This document shows positions 45,610 through 59,468 of a DNA stretch of 64,000 nt, piece after piece. This DNA comes from Oopsacas minuta (taxonomy: Eukaryota; Animalia; Porifera): assembly GCA_024704765.1 (NCBI GenBank), contig JAKMXF010000356.1, positions 1 to 64,000 on the forward strand. Reading direction: 5' to 3'. Numbering within the stretch: the first letter of the stretch is position 1; each line of letters begins with the position of its first letter. The notes beneath the pieces were generated by a model. That model searched no databases. It saw only the letters and a program-made list of their open reading frames with translations, and was not told the DNA's origin. The position numbers and the translations under genes were made by a program.

Positions 45610-47193
45610 TTATTTCTTTTCCCAGAATACGATGTGTTCCATTTTGGGTGTAAAGTTAAACTCTATATAGAACTTATAAAAGAATGGGGTTCCAAATTGC
45701 CAATCGAATGCTTTAGTTGGATTCTCGAATACTAATGTATAGCATTTACCATTCCCATATATGGCAGTATAATACTCAGATTCCAAAGTCATTCTTTGTT
45801 TACCAAACATTATTTCGATAGTTGGGGCTGCACTTATCTTCTTGCAATCAATTTCATTATCTTTCTCACGTTCTATAATAACAACAATAAAACAAACAAA
45901 TTAATAAATAGATTCTTATATTTGTCATTACCTAGAATTTTGTCGATTATGCTCACAAATTCCGCAGGTGCGAATATTTGAGAACCTCCGCTATCCACGT
46001 TAACACTACATGTTTGTATTTTGTCGCTACAGAAGACCTCTTTCCCAAGACTCAGACTTGTCATGTGTGTAAATGTTCTACCAAGTTTATCTATCATTGG
46101 AGCACTTACTCCTGTCTTATCTACAAACAGTTTTGGATGACGACCTCCGAATGTTATCATTCCTCCATCCTTTGAACTCTTTCCTCCTTTCAAATTCATT
46201 GCGAATATTGGTTCCTTGAGTAGTTTCTGATGAATCATGTTGTAGAATACTGAAGTGTGACCGTCTGAAGTGTCCATGTTTAGTCCTGAATGAATGGAGT
46301 AAAGAAGTAACAATTCGTCTTTACAGACCTGTAGCTGTAAATTACAACACATATACAGAGGAGCAGGAATATTAATGGTGTGATGGATTTGTATTTAGAA
46401 ATTCAAAAATGGAATCTCCAAAGTTTAAAGGAATTCATCAAATCTATTTATGGCGTGTATAAAATATATTTGGATTATGATTGGATCCATTCGGCCCCTC
46501 TGTACCTATGATGTATATTGTCACTTCTATGAGGGAAACGATAAATGTGTTTATGTGTTAATTCACTCGACTTACCCATCACTCCATCAATATCGTCAAT
46601 ATCAAATTTAAGAATCGCAGCAGCACCAAATGTTTGTTTCTTTATGGAAATATATTTTGTTACATGAACATCATCTATAACTTCAAAGCCTGCAACACCT
46701 CCACTACCATATACTAATTTGAATTGCTTGTATTTGTCTAGATTCTTTTTGTCGATAATGTATTGATTATGTTTCTCACAATCCTTCCCCATGTCACTAC
46801 ACACCCATAGCACATTCGATCCTGTGTCCAACTGCACCTACAAAATCGAAGATAGAAAATGAATCGACTTAAAAGTACAAGACATTTGTATTACCTCAGA
46901 TTTAAAATCCCCATCAAATAACTTACCCTGAATGTATCTTTACCGATATATATAATAGTTATATATTTCATCCCATGGTCTATGTTTGCTAACTGAGCAC
47001 TGTCTACAGTCCCAGATAATTCCACTCCACAGTTACTTGTATTACCCATCAGTTCACAGTTTCTATCTCTGGGATTGATTACATCGAAATTCAAAGAGAA
47101 TATTTTGTCTTTCTTCTCCACTCCTGGTTTGGAGGCTACGTATCCCAGAGATAACGTCACAATGATACAGAGTAAACACACACGAGTATACAT
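45610..47193 (-). CDS. Aspartic protease AP2
   Basis: Exons 46927-47193, 46576-46837, 45932-46285, 45610-45872; DTGS / DSGG, flap YGSG. Confidence 0.93.
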
Positions 47194-47230
47194 ATTTTAA
47201 GATAGGTTAGATCTACGAATTCTTTTCTCG

Positions 47231-47238
47231 TATTTATA
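47231..47238 (-). promoter_or_regulatory. TATA box of AP2 (representative)
   Basis: TATAAATA on the sense strand about 40-45 bp upstream of the ATG; the same box precedes AP3 and AP9; TATAAAA at a similar distance precedes AP1, AP4, AP5 (55205-55211) and AP8; AP6 has GATAAATA. Confidence 0.6.
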
Positions 47239-47633
47239 TATTCACTGGAAAAATAGATTTGTGAGTGTTATGATCGGACTTTGAATCCATTGATGTAATG
47301 AAAGACAATCAAAAAAGTGATAATCTGAAGATATTTTTGATTTTTCAAGAAATTCTCGCATCTTTTGTAAACAATTCATCCATTTATGTGTTTTAGAATT
47401 CAAAAAGTACTGATTTGACGTCTCCGTATTTCCATTTACAGTTTACATTCGGAGAGATATCTCGCTTTTGAACTATTGTATAAACAATGAAGCAAGTTCT
47501 ATAAGGGTAGAGTATCTAATTGTTCAAAGAATAGTGCCGGTGAATACACAAATCTCCATCCAAAGCATAAATAGTTAATTGAGAAAATAATTTCTCAAGA
47601 TAATGATTTAAACGTAAGGCCACTGTTAGTTGG

Positions 47634-47953
47634 AAACATGTTTCAGCTCCACCGCCCGCATCTGATTTGGCTACCGCGCTAATATCGTTATTATAGTAAT
47701 TATTGTATTATTTCACCATTTACTCAAAGTTCTTAACTACAAGTTGTATAAACTGGCTAGAGTACAATAAAATACTTTTTTCATAATCTAGCATATTCTC
47801 ATATCAAATTTGACTTTAGTAATTATAATATTTTATGAATCAAGGCAATAACCAATTTTCCAGCTGATAGGTCACAAAATAATGAGATAATGATAATGAA
47901 ACGCCCGCCGCATGAATGTCCATCTGGATCTAATGTGGAGCTGAAACAAGTTT
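47634..47953. mobile_element. MITE, TIR family AAACTTGTTTCAGCTCCAC, different internal sequence
   Basis: aaacatgtttcagctccac / gtggagctgaaacaagttt. Confidence 0.75.
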
Positions 47954-48468
47954 CTCATTAACAGTGACCTAAGCAGCAAGTCATAATTCCATAAATTTGC
48001 AGGTTCGGATAGGGCAAATTAGCTCAAGGCTACAAGTCACACAATTACTATTAGGCTATGCTGACTATACTATATACAGAAGACTCCGCATAGAGTTAAT
48101 CTGGCCCAGAAACAGAACACATACAAACAGTATTATATTACTCAGCTTAATCGGGCCAAAATGCTCTAGTCGCGATGTGACCTGAGTCTACTGTACATGT
48201 ATAGTAGCTCAGTATTCCCTCCATTACACTAAAATGTACATTATCGTGTCAGTATGGAACAATTTCCAAATTGTGTTTGATACTACGTTTATGCTATCGA
48301 ATAGTAATGAGTAGATAGGTTTAATGAATATTCTATCAGTAAATACACTACATAACTATAATACTGTCTACATAATACATATCAATTAGCACTGTTACAC
48401 TACAGCTAGAACCTACAATACTGAATTGTTATTTGTTAGATGATAGAGCAAGCTGTTTGTAGTTAGAA

Positions 48469-50370
48469 TTATGGCTTTTCCCAGAATGTCATTTCTTCGC
48501 GATTATCAGTAAAGTCGAATTGTGTGTAATATTTGTGAAAGAATGGAAGCCCGAATGCCCAATGAGACAATTTGGAAGGATTGGCATAAATTAAGCTATA
48601 GCATTTTCTTTTCGACATATAGGTGTAAAGTTGTGGTTCCAAAGACATCATTTGCTTGCCAAACATTATTTCTATCACTGGAAATTTATTTATACTTTTG
48701 CAGTTGACCTGATTATCCCTTTTAGCTCCTATACATATCAAACAAACAAATAAACACACATACAAATCTAGTGAATTCTGGTGTTATAATACTTCGGTTG
48801 TGATAAATTGTGTTTGATTGATACAAAAATTGGTACCAGATTGAATCTAGATTTGGACATCAGTTATTAAAATGGAAAGTTTTCAGCCTGCTGTAAAAAT
48901 TTCCACAAAAATAGGTTTATTTCTTTGAAACTTACGAAGTACTTTATCCATGAAATCGGCAAAATCAGCTGGTCCTAATATATACGAAGCTCCAGAATCG
49001 ATTAATACTGTACACTCATCTCTTTTCTTGCCACAGAATACATGTTTACCCACATTTAGACCCGTCATTTGAGTAATTGTTTTACCCCCTCTTGCCATTC
49101 TTACACTAATTCCATGGCCTCCCTTAATAAGTTTATCATTATGGCCTCCAAATGTTATCTCTCCTCCCTTCTTTGATGTCGTCCCTCCTATTAAATTCAT
49201 TGAATATACCGGCTCTTTAATCAGTTTATTATATATCATACTGTAGATGACGGATGGCCAGCCTGACTTGGTATTTGTATTTAGACCTAAAGGAAATATT
49301 GAATGTTATTATGAGATATAGCTCAGCTGTAGTATAGTACAGGTTTTTGTAATACAAAACCCAATACCCTCATTCGAAATGTGACTTTCATTTATCCGAA
49401 AAAATGACCTTTCCTCGAAGATACAAAGATTAGATTGTAGCCTGAATTATTGTGTTTCAAAAGGAAAAGCGCTGACTAAACAAAATGTCTTTCACTATTA
49501 ATTATTAAAATTCAAATGGTTACCTATCACTCCATCATACCATGCGAAATCCATAGTTGTGTCGCTAGCCGCACCAAACAGCTGTTTCTCTATGATAATA
49601 TCCTTTGTTAATTGAACTGTATCTTCAACTTTCGAAATTATAACTGCCCCGCTTGCATAGCCAATTTTGAAATCTTTATACTTAATCTTTTTGTCCAGTT
49701 TGTATTTAGTATGTCCACTGCATTTCTTATTTTCGTCTGAGCAATTATCTCCGAATACCCACAATATTTCTGATCCAGTATCCAATTGTACCTAAGATAT
49801 ATATCAGCAATTGATAGATGGAAACACGATCTCTAGGCCTCTGACTGGATCGGAGAGGCCAGAACCGTTTTACTATCTTCTCGAAAATGAGTACTTATTA
49901 CCCAAATATTGTGACATCTGATTATTCGATGAAATATATATTTCTAGAGGCCCTTGGAGCGCGAGGTTCAGGCAAAATGGCCCTCCTGCACCCTATCCCA
50001 GACGGCTGGATGGAAATAAATATGAAATCTGGCAGTGCGGAAAAAAATAATCAGTCAAGTTTGGCGATTTGAATAGTTCGAAAGTAATAATCTACCAATA
50101 ACTCACTTTGAAGGTTTGTTTGTCGATTCCAATTTCCATTATAGACATCAATCCGCCTTGGAAATTTTGAACGTTGGCGCTGTTTCCATTAGAAAGTTCC
50201 ACTTCACACCTGCTTACATTTTTAGATATTTCACAGTCTATGTCTCTTGGATGGATTACTTCTAAAGGCACAGAGAATATTTTGTCATTCTCTTCTACTC
50301 CTGGTTTGGAGGCTACGTATCCCAGAGATAACGTCACAATGATACAGAGTAAACACACACGAGAATACAT
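48469..50370 (-). CDS. Aspartic protease AP3
   Basis: Exons 50107-50370, 49524-49791, 48936-49286, 48469-48728; DTGS / DSGA, flap YASG. Confidence 0.93.
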
Positions 50371-50727
50371 ATTTTAAGATAGGTTAGATCTACGAATTCT
50401 TTTCTCGTATTTATATATTCACTGGAAAAATGGATTTGTGAGTGTTATGATCGGACTTTGAATCCATTGATGTAATGAAAGACAATCAAAAAAGTGATAA
50501 TCTGAAGATATTTTTGAATTTTGGTGAAAATTCTCGCATCTTTTGTAAACAATTCATCCATTTATGTGTTTTAGAATTCAAAAAGTGTTTATTTGGCGTT
50601 TCTACAAATTCTATTCTCGTATTTCTACACATTTATAGATCTGTATTCAACCTATATTGTACCTCTCTGTGGAATATTTCACAAGATAATACTTACATCA
50701 CTTGATTCATTTATATATTTTCTTTTG

Positions 50728-51095
50728 GATATCTTATACATTTGGTTTGTGGTCAGTGAAATGTATTTCAAAACAATACAACTATGCTTTAAGGAAGTAG
50801 AAGACAAGATATACGTACATTATGTGCTCAATTCTCCATCCAACCCATACACAATTCTCGAAATATTTCAACATAAACAGTCTGAGATAATTCCCTAGAT
50901 ATGAAGCTAAGAAGCAAAAGTTTGTCTGCTTATATTGAATTGTAATGAATATACAGTTTTAATGAATATTCTATCAGCAAATACACTACATAACTATAAT
51001 ACTGTCTACATAATACATATCAATTAGCACTGTTACACTACAGCTAGAACCTACAATACTGAATTGTTAGTTGTTAGATGAGAGAGCGAGCAGTT
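50728..51095. repeat. Duplicated spacer (partner 59468-59835)
   Basis: Near-identical from gatatcttataca through the 3' UTR block. Confidence 0.9.
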
Positions 51096-51136
51096 TGTAG
51101 CGAAGAATATTTTGCTTCTTAGAAAGTTACGAGCTA

Positions 51137-52725
51137 TTAGGGTCTGACATTACTCTTTTGATAGAAAGTGATTAATTCATCGCCCAAATTAAATTCTGTA
51201 TAGTATTTAGCTAGAAGTGAATCTCCAAATTGCCAAACCACTGAACTTCCTTCCCTAATTCCACTATAACAAATAGCAACACCTTCACTATCAGTATCTG
51301 AATATGTGTAATATTTGGATTCTAGAGTTAACGGTTTATTATCTATCGTAATCACTATATCAGGAAAATTTGGAATATCTTTACATATTACTCTGTAATG
51401 CAGACCTTTCTCAGTAGTAGCTACAAATCCAAAATATTTAATCACACATTTTTGACATAAAATTTCGAATTTTTGTAATAAACTCACCTAAATGGTCTTT
51501 ATTGAATTTAGCTACAACAGCTTCCGGTCCGTAAATAAGGCTGCATCCTGTATCAATAAGTGCATGACAACTGGCGTCTCCTTCTTTACAGACCTCAACA
51601 CCTCCCAAATCCATTTTTTGCATTCCGATTGTCATAGTACCCTTTCCAACAATTTTTGCAGATATTCCTGTTTTTTCTTTCAAAAGAAGTTTGTTAATGC
51701 CTCCAAAGGTAATCTCGCCAACTCTACCTTCTGCCTGGACGAAAATTCCAAAAATTGGTTTTTTAATCTGTTTTTGTTGGAAGGCATTAATGAATACGGG
51801 GAACTCGTCTTTATTTCTTCCTACTTTTCTCATGTCTAGACCTAAGAAATTCATGCAAATAAATTACAGAAATGCTCTATTCTTTTATTTACTAAAACGT
51901 TTGATGCTATTTTCACACCTTCACATAATTCAATTACAGTGGAAACTCCACAAACGGGCCCTGTGAAAATGAGGTCCTATCTGCACCCCTGACACCTCGT
52001 TTGTGCGGTTCGACTGTTAATTAAGTTAACTTGCCTAGAATTCCATCATACGGAACCTTTTGCTTAATGTAATCGACAGCTCCGAAGATTTGTGCGTGTA
52101 CCACTATTTGGGGTGTCAGATGAATTGTGTCTCTTATTGTCAATCCAGTGACTCTATTACTCTCATAAACAACAGAGAATTCGTTATCAATTATCTTCTT
52201 CTTTTCTGGTACGAATTTGTTGTGACCTTCACAGTTTTTATTCTTTTTACTATCGCAACTTTCACCGAACACCCAGAAGTCATTCGAACCAGTATCCACT
52301 GCAACCTATTTATTAGTTTGTACATGATTTACTGATTAAAGACCCCGCTTAACAGGATCACTGGCTAGAAACAGAACCATACAATAGCTCCAAGTAATCT
52401 AGTCAAAGTGACATAGCACGAAGTGACCCTGTTAATCGGAATGACACGCTATACTTACCCAAAATTCTAGTTTGTCGATACCAATTTCTACACTCATCAT
52501 GTAGATGAAGTCATCATGATTCTTCAATACAACACTAAATGGGTCAGAAAGCTCTGTCTCACATAGATGATGTGTATAGTTCATTTGCTTATACAATTCA
52601 CAGTTTTTCCATGGGCGAAATACATGTAATTTTGCTGAGAATATTTGATCATTCTCTTCCACTACTGCTTTGGAGGCCACGTATCCTAACGTCACAATGA
52701 AGAGTAAGCACACACTAGAATACAT
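51137..52725 (-). CDS. Aspartic protease AP4 (most divergent copy; GC-AG intron 2)
   Basis: Exons 52459-52725, 52035-52305, 51488-51841, 51137-51420; DTGS / DTGC, flap YESN, WQFGDSL. Confidence 0.9.
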
Positions 52726-52989
52726 CTTGAAAATGTAAATATATATATTTACTCCAATGATAACTGTAGCTCTACAATTCTCTCATATTTATACACTTTA
52801 CTGCAACAATTGATATGTAAGTGTATTGATTGCTTGTTGAATCCATTGATGACTGCAATTAGATATTTTTTATTATGAATGCAACCGACCTTTTGATAGA
52901 AGACAATTCACAAGGTCTAGCACCTTTGAATTCATCTAACCATTAAAATGACATTTTCTTTGAAAAATGTAGAGTTTGTGTAGCAATTA

Positions 52990-53115
52990 CAATACTATCA
53001 GTAAATACACTACATAACTATAATACTGTCTACATAATACATATCAATTAGCACCGTAGCACTACAGCTAGAACCTACAATACTGAATTGTTAGTTGTTA
53101 GATGATAGAGCGAGC
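52990..53115 (-). repeat. Orphan copy of the conserved AP 3' UTR block
   Basis: Block present, but no protease exon 4 is recognisable in 53115-53480. Confidence 0.75.
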
Positions 53116-53768
53116 TGTTAGAAGTTCTAATCTGTGTTGGACGATTCTACATTTCTTTTGAGCGGGGTTTTCGAAATTTTTGCATCAATTCACATTTACA
53201 ATAAATATTCTATTCTAACTATAGAAAATCAGTAATCCAAATTGTCTTTGTTATATTTTGTATATTGTAAATCCTCACTACTCTATACTCCATGGTATCA
53301 AACAAAGCGTGCTTACTGCGTATATATTCTGTACACACACCGCTGTTTATTCCAATCTCACCGATTCTTTACTTTTCACTCTATATCAGTTTGAATATCT
53401 CTTAAAAATATGGAATTCCCCTTGAGAAAGTTGAAGCAACCAATAAACATTATGTTAATAGCTATAATTATATAAATCCTCAAGATGTCATGAAGGGTCC
53501 TTTTGGCGGACACAGTGTTCGCAAGCCGAAGAGCACAAGCAAGCAAAGCGACTTTGCTTTCATTAATTCATATACAAATCTTGTTCCAACTATTCCTATA
53601 ATCAAATCCCTTCTGTTATTTAATGAACATACTATCTGCAAATACACTACATAACTATAATACTGCCTACATAATACAGTATCAATTAGCACTGTTACAC
53701 TACAGCTAAGACCTAGAATACTAAATTGTTAGTTGTTAGAAGAGACAGCGAGCAGTTTGTAGCGAGGA

Positions 53769-55161
53769 TTATTTCTTTGTCCAAAAACAAATATGTTCAT
53801 CTTTATCTGTAAAGTCGAATTCAATGTAATACTTAATAAATATTGGAACTCCAAACAACCAGTCATATTCATCTTCATCAGTTTCTACAAATAGACTATA
53901 GCACACCTCTCCATTCACTTCAATATAATACTTGGGTTCTAACGTCAGCGGTGATTCACCAAACATTATTTCGATAGTTGGGAAAGTATCGATCTTCTTG
54001 CAATCAACAAAATCATCTTTATCAGCGTCTATAGATAGAAAACAAACAAATAAACAAACATCAGCTGGATATATGTAAGGCAATACAAAATGTAATTACT
54101 TATGTCTGTGTTTAGTTTCGTTACAAATGCTAACGGTGCGGACATTTCTGTACAGCCTGAATCTATTATCACTCTACATTCATCTTTGTCAGGGCTACAG
54201 TAAAAGTCTTTCCCTAACTTAAGACTTGTCATTTTTGCCATTACTTCATCACCAGGTAGCATTTTTGTCATCACTCCGCTATCTGGAACTACCAGATCTT
54301 CATTGCGGCCTCCGAATGTTATCTCTCCTCCATCTTCCGAAGACTTTCCCCCTTTCAGATAAAGCGCATAAGCAGGTTCAGTGATTAGTTTCTGTGCAAT
54401 CATTTTGTAGATTACAGAAGGGTGTCCATCTGAAATATCCATGTTCAGACCTGAATAGATATATTCAAATTGTTTTGCCAGTTATAATTGGAATTTAGTG
54501 ATTCAAATCAACAACTCACCCATTATTCCATCATAGCCCTCATACTTCTGTCCAACCTTACCAGCTGCACCAAACAGCATATCCTTTATTCCAATTTTGT
54601 CTGTTACATGAACAACATCTGTGACTTCTTTTCCTGATGTCTCCGTACTTTCATATTCAATTGAGAAATCTTCATATTCCTTATCCTTTTCTAGTACGTA
54701 CTTAGGATGTCCTTTACAATAATCGCTTTCTCCATCCAAACAATTACTTCCAAATACCCACAAAAGATCTGATCCTGTGTCTAAAACCACCTAAACATTT
54801 AGCATCTTACAGTAGAATTCGTATAAGACGTAGCCCCTACATTTTATCTGAGTTCTACAGTTCGTACAAATTATGATAGATAACTCACTTTAAATGCTTG
54901 TTTAGCTTCACCGATTTTAATTGTCATTACATACGACATTCCATCTTCCATGTTTGCAACGGTTACACTGTCTACAACCCCAGATAAGTCTACTTCACAT
55001 TTGCTTAAGTTAGACATCAATTTACAGTTCCTATCTCGAGGATTTATTACATCTAAACTTACAGAGAATATTTTCTTATTCTCTTTCACTCCTGGTCTGG
55101 AGGCTACGTATCCCAAAGATATCGTCACAATGATACAGAGTAAACACACACGAGAATACAT
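53769..55161 (-). CDS. Aspartic protease AP5
   Basis: Exons 54889-55161, 54520-54790, 54100-54450, 53769-54028; DTGS / DSGC, flap YEST. Confidence 0.93.
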
Positions 55162-55744
55162 CTTGATAGATAAAGTGAATATGTCTTATAATCTATTCTC
55201 ATGTTTTTATACATTTTTCTTACCTCTGTGAGAACAATGAGTGTGAAGGTGGTTATTTGGGTGTTGAGTCCTTTCATATAGTGTAAAGTCAGTTAGAAAT
55301 ATTCTAATCTGTATTCAACCGTTTTCCATTTCTTTTTGAGCTGATATTTTCTAATGTGCTTGAATTAACATATACATTCCAAACTATTGAAATTCAGTCA
55401 TTCAATTACTCAGATCTTCTTTTGTTGTACTTTTGCGAATTATTGCGTCAAAATATTTGGAATTTGAAAACTTTTCACCATCCGCTTCGCATACCCACGG
55501 CAATTCTGTTTCCAATTCGTAACCATTCTTTTGTGTCGGAACAGAGGAATTCCTGTACACTCTACAAAGTAACAATATAGGACCAGAGGGAGTCACATGA
55601 CAGAATATTCTGCTTCAAAGTAATAGACTATTATTATAGCATTTAATGAATATTCTATCAGCAAATACACTACATAACTATAATACTGTCTACATAATAC
55701 ATATCAATTAGCACTGTTACACTACAGCTAGAACCTACAATACT
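55162..55744. repeat. Duplicated intergenic spacer AP5/AP6 (partner 61821-62404)
   Basis: About 5 differences over about 580 bp by eye. Confidence 0.95.
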
Positions 55745-55775
55745 GAATTGTTATTTGTTAGAAGATAGAGCGAGC
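55640..55775 (-). terminator. Conserved AP 3' UTR block ending in ATTAAA poly(A) signal (representative)
   Basis: Sense strand ...tctaacaaataacaattcagtattgtaggttctagctgtagtgtaacagtgctaattgatatgtattatgtagacagtattatagttatgtagtgtatttgctgatagaatattcATTAAA. Block copies near 42985, 45440, 48335, 50965, 52990, 53630, 55650, 58800, 59710, 62310; the ATTAAA end is seen in only some copies. Confidence 0.7.
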
Positions 55776-55783
55776 TGTTAAAA

Positions 55784-58257
55784 TTATACTTTATTGTAGA
55801 AGATAATTGCTTCCTTCTTAGGCGTAAAGTCGAATTCAATGTAGTATTTGTAGAAGAATGAAACTCCAAAAATAAAGTCTGCTGAACCCTCTCCTAACGG
55901 ATTGAGGACGATTGTTGAGTAACACTCTTTTTCTATCAGAATAATATAATATTCAGGTTCCAAAGTAATCCTCTGTTTACCAAACAATATTTCAATAGTT
56001 GGAGCGATACTTCTTGATTCACACGCGACCATATTTTCATCATCAGGATCTAAATAGAATTACAAGAACAATCAAACAAACATGTATAAATCCTGAATCA
56101 CTAGAACAGTATAATTTCGCAGTTTAGAAATCCCACAGCTTGCCTAGGTTTGAATCTATGAATTTCTATACTTGAGATTTGTACATAAGATCAGCTGAAT
56201 TAAACTATTTTTGAACGAAATGGTAGGTGTACAGGCTACCCATCAAATTGGCGCACTTAATTCATTTCGTTATTGTCCACTGTTATAATTATGGCTAATC
56301 AGAGCACCCTTGAAACTTTGAAGTAGCAACATAAGTTCTTAGAAGCGAAACCAACTGTAACAACTTCCTATTCCAATTGTAGCATGTACGTGTTATTCTA
56401 GTTCAACTTACGAATGATAGCGTTTATTACATCCACAAATGCTTTAGGTGAGTAAACTGCAGGTGCCCCTGAATCAACTTCTACCATGCATGGGCCCATT
56501 CCTTTAATACAGAACTCATCTTTGTTGATGCTAATACTTGTCATCTTGATTATAGTTTGACCACCTGGTAACATATCCACCCCAACAGCGCTTTTGGGCA
56601 CTATGACTTTATCCATGCGACCGCCAAATGTGATCTCTCCTCCAACCTTCTTATTTGGTCCTGCTTCCAGATAAAGTGAATACACTGGGCGCGTAATAAG
56701 TTTCTGTTCAATCATGAAGTAGATTGCTGAAGGTTGATTATATTCTATATTCATGTTTAAACCTATACACAGGATATATAGATGATGTTATATTCTTACC
56801 AGAGTTTCACCCCGCGGCTTAAATATCCGCAGTTAGGAGTGAACCTATGCAACTAAATACGATAGATGCGGAAAATTATCGTAAATATACAAAAATCTCT
56901 CTCTCTCTATAAGAAATACACTGAAGAGCAAACAGTACTTAACTTACCAATTACACCATCGTTACCATCTTGTGCTTCAGAAAGGTCATCAGCTGCTCCA
57001 AACTGCATGTCATGTACAGTAATTAAATCTGTTATATGAACTTCATCATGTACTAAATCACCTTCTACATACTCATCAGCATAGTCTATTCTGAAGCTTT
57101 TATATTTCTGTTTTTTATCTACAACGTATTTTGGATGTCCCGCACAATTTTTATTTTTACCATCCAAGCACTTATCTCCGAATATCCAAAGTAGATCAGA
57201 TCCTGTGTCTAACTGCACCTAAGTACACATAATTATTGTAAATTGTTAAGTTTTTTTGTCCAAGTTGATTAATGAATTCTTTGATACAAGTGTAAAAATC
57301 TCAATCATCGTCTGTGCAGACTTGAAATTACCAAATTACTTTTCGTGGATTATTGGAATAATATTATTCTACTAAATATCTATTTTGGCAAAGAAAGATG
57401 AAATTGAATTTTAATAATCTTATTAGACATTTACAAATGGTAGAATCGAATTCTACGTCCCTGTTTACCCCTATTTAACAAGTGGAAGCTAATCTCTAGG
57501 ATAATTTTGAAATGTTCACCAAAAGGTGTGATAATATGATTAATCATATGATAAATCAGTGTATATCTATACATTTAATAGAATGTATTGAGCAATAGAA
57601 TTGCAGTCAACAATTAATACAAATACATTACAGTTCTAATTATAATACAAACACTCCACCAGAACTAATTCAATGCATTTATGCCTAATTGTAAAACCTT
57701 AAAATCTGATTGGGCTAAAATACAGAGGTGTCAAAAGGTGTGAAAATATACACATTAGAAATTTTTCAAATGTCAGGTCGACAACTAAATGTCAATACGA
57801 GTACACATGTCAAATTTGGTGTCTTAATCACAAAAGGTGTGAACAGCAGAGCGATAACATTTGTGCTGATTTTAAATTGGTATGTTTTGTGGCATTCTTA
57901 AGTTTCGGAATTAAGCTATATTAACCGAATACAGTAAATATATCTACAGAATTGTTCTAGGAATACCTTACATGCAATTCTAATGTAACTCACATTGAAT
58001 ATTTGTTTGGCTATTACTACTTGCATCAAATATACCAGTCCATGACGTATTCTTTGAGCTGGAGCATCATCAACAGTCTCTAAGTCAACTTCACACTTGC
58101 TTTGATTAGACATCAATTTACAGTTCCAATCTCGGGGATGGATTACTTCTAAAGGCACAGAGAATTGTTTGTCATTCTCTTCTACTCCTGACTTGGAGGC
58201 TACGTATCCCAGAGATAACGTCACAATGATACAGAGTAAACACATACGAGAATACAT
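55784..58257 (-). CDS. Aspartic protease AP6
   Basis: Exons 57994-58257, 56948-57218, 56412-56762, 55784-56049; DTGS / DSGA, flap YADE. Confidence 0.93.
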
Positions 58258-58938
58258 CTTATTGAATTCTTTTTTTCTACTTCTGAGTGATAGTTACACA
58301 AATTTTTCCTCGTATTTATCACCCATCTGAAGAATAGATTTGAAAGTGTTTTGATTAGAGGTTTGAGTCTATTGATACAATGAATAGACAATTTGAAAAG
58401 TGGTCTCTTGAATAGAAATTTTCATTTTTGCAGGAAAATTCTCGCATCTTTAGATCATATTTGAACCATTTATGTGATTTTTGTAATTCTAAAACTTTGA
58501 TTTAGCGTCTCTTTATTATATTCCACAATTCTATTCAAATAGAAATCTCGCTTCTAATCTATTACTTAAACTAGATCTTGAGCGTAGAATTTAATTGTTA
58601 AAGAAAAAGTGCCGGTGAACACATGATTCTCTATTCATCTCATAGATAATTCACCGAGAATGAATATATCACACAAGGTGCTTGTAGTATCCCTGTCTAT
58701 TTATCGGGGCAGCTATATTCTCATGTGTCTGCCTTATCTGTTTATTATTTCTATTAATCTCACTCTCATTCTGCTTCGGCATAATACTATATAATTCATT
58801 ACAATACTATCAGCAAATACACTACATAACTATAATACTGTCTACATAATACATATCAATTAGTACTGTTGCACTACAGCTAGAACCTACAATACTAAAT
58901 ATTTGTTAGATGATAGAGCGAGCAGTTGGTAGTTAGAA

Positions 58939-59468
58939 TTATTTCTTTGTCCAGAATGTTATAGATTCGTAATCACGCTTGAAGTAGAACTCTATGCAAT
59001 ACTTGATAAAGAATGGAATTCCAAACATCCAGTCAGTGCCTTCATGGTGATTTATATTAACAAGCCAACGGTACTTTCCTTTTCCTTCTACACGAATATA
59101 ATACTTAGGTTCTAAAGTGAGCTTTAATTTACCAAACATTATTTCAATAGTTGGGAAAGTATGGATCTTCTAGCAATCAACAATACCAAGTTCTTCAACA
59201 TCTATAGATAAAAAACAAACAAATAAACAAACATCAGATTAAGGTTAAACCAAATTCTAAAAGATATTTAATGAATTAGAATCCATTTTTGTAATCTTCA
59301 AAGTACACAGTAAATCGGGCCCACTCCATTCTGGTTCAGTGACCGATCTACTCTATATCAAATTCCGTGACAGTAAAAAACATCTCCTACTTTAAGACTT
59401 GTCATTATTGTCATATAATCTACTGTAATCACCATACCAACTTTAACTCCACTATCAACATCCACAAG
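58939..59468 (-). pseudogene. Aspartic protease remnant AP7
   Basis: Exon 4 (58939-59201) has an in-frame TAG (VDC*KIHTFP); only about 100 bp of exon 3 remains (59369-59468, LVDVDSGVKVGMVITVDYMTIMTSLKVGDVFYC); exons 1-2 and both catalytic Asp motifs are absent. Confidence 0.88.

Noticed and set aside
50593-50898. ORF shared with 59367-59639 (WFVVSEMYFKTIQLCFK...)
   Set aside because: Lies in a duplicated spacer with different 5' ends and no motifs; similarity is explained by the duplication.
55215-55225. GTAAG donor suggesting a 5' UTR intron in type-B protease flanks
   Set aside because: A TATAAAA lies between it and the ATG at the same distance as the type-A TATA box, so it is probably upstream of the TSS.
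55402-55596. ORF MTPSGP...ELPWVCEADG in the conserved spacer, as a hidden small gene explaining spacer conservation
   Set aside because: The partner spacer has a 1-bp insertion (about 62141) that breaks the frame; no recognisable domain.
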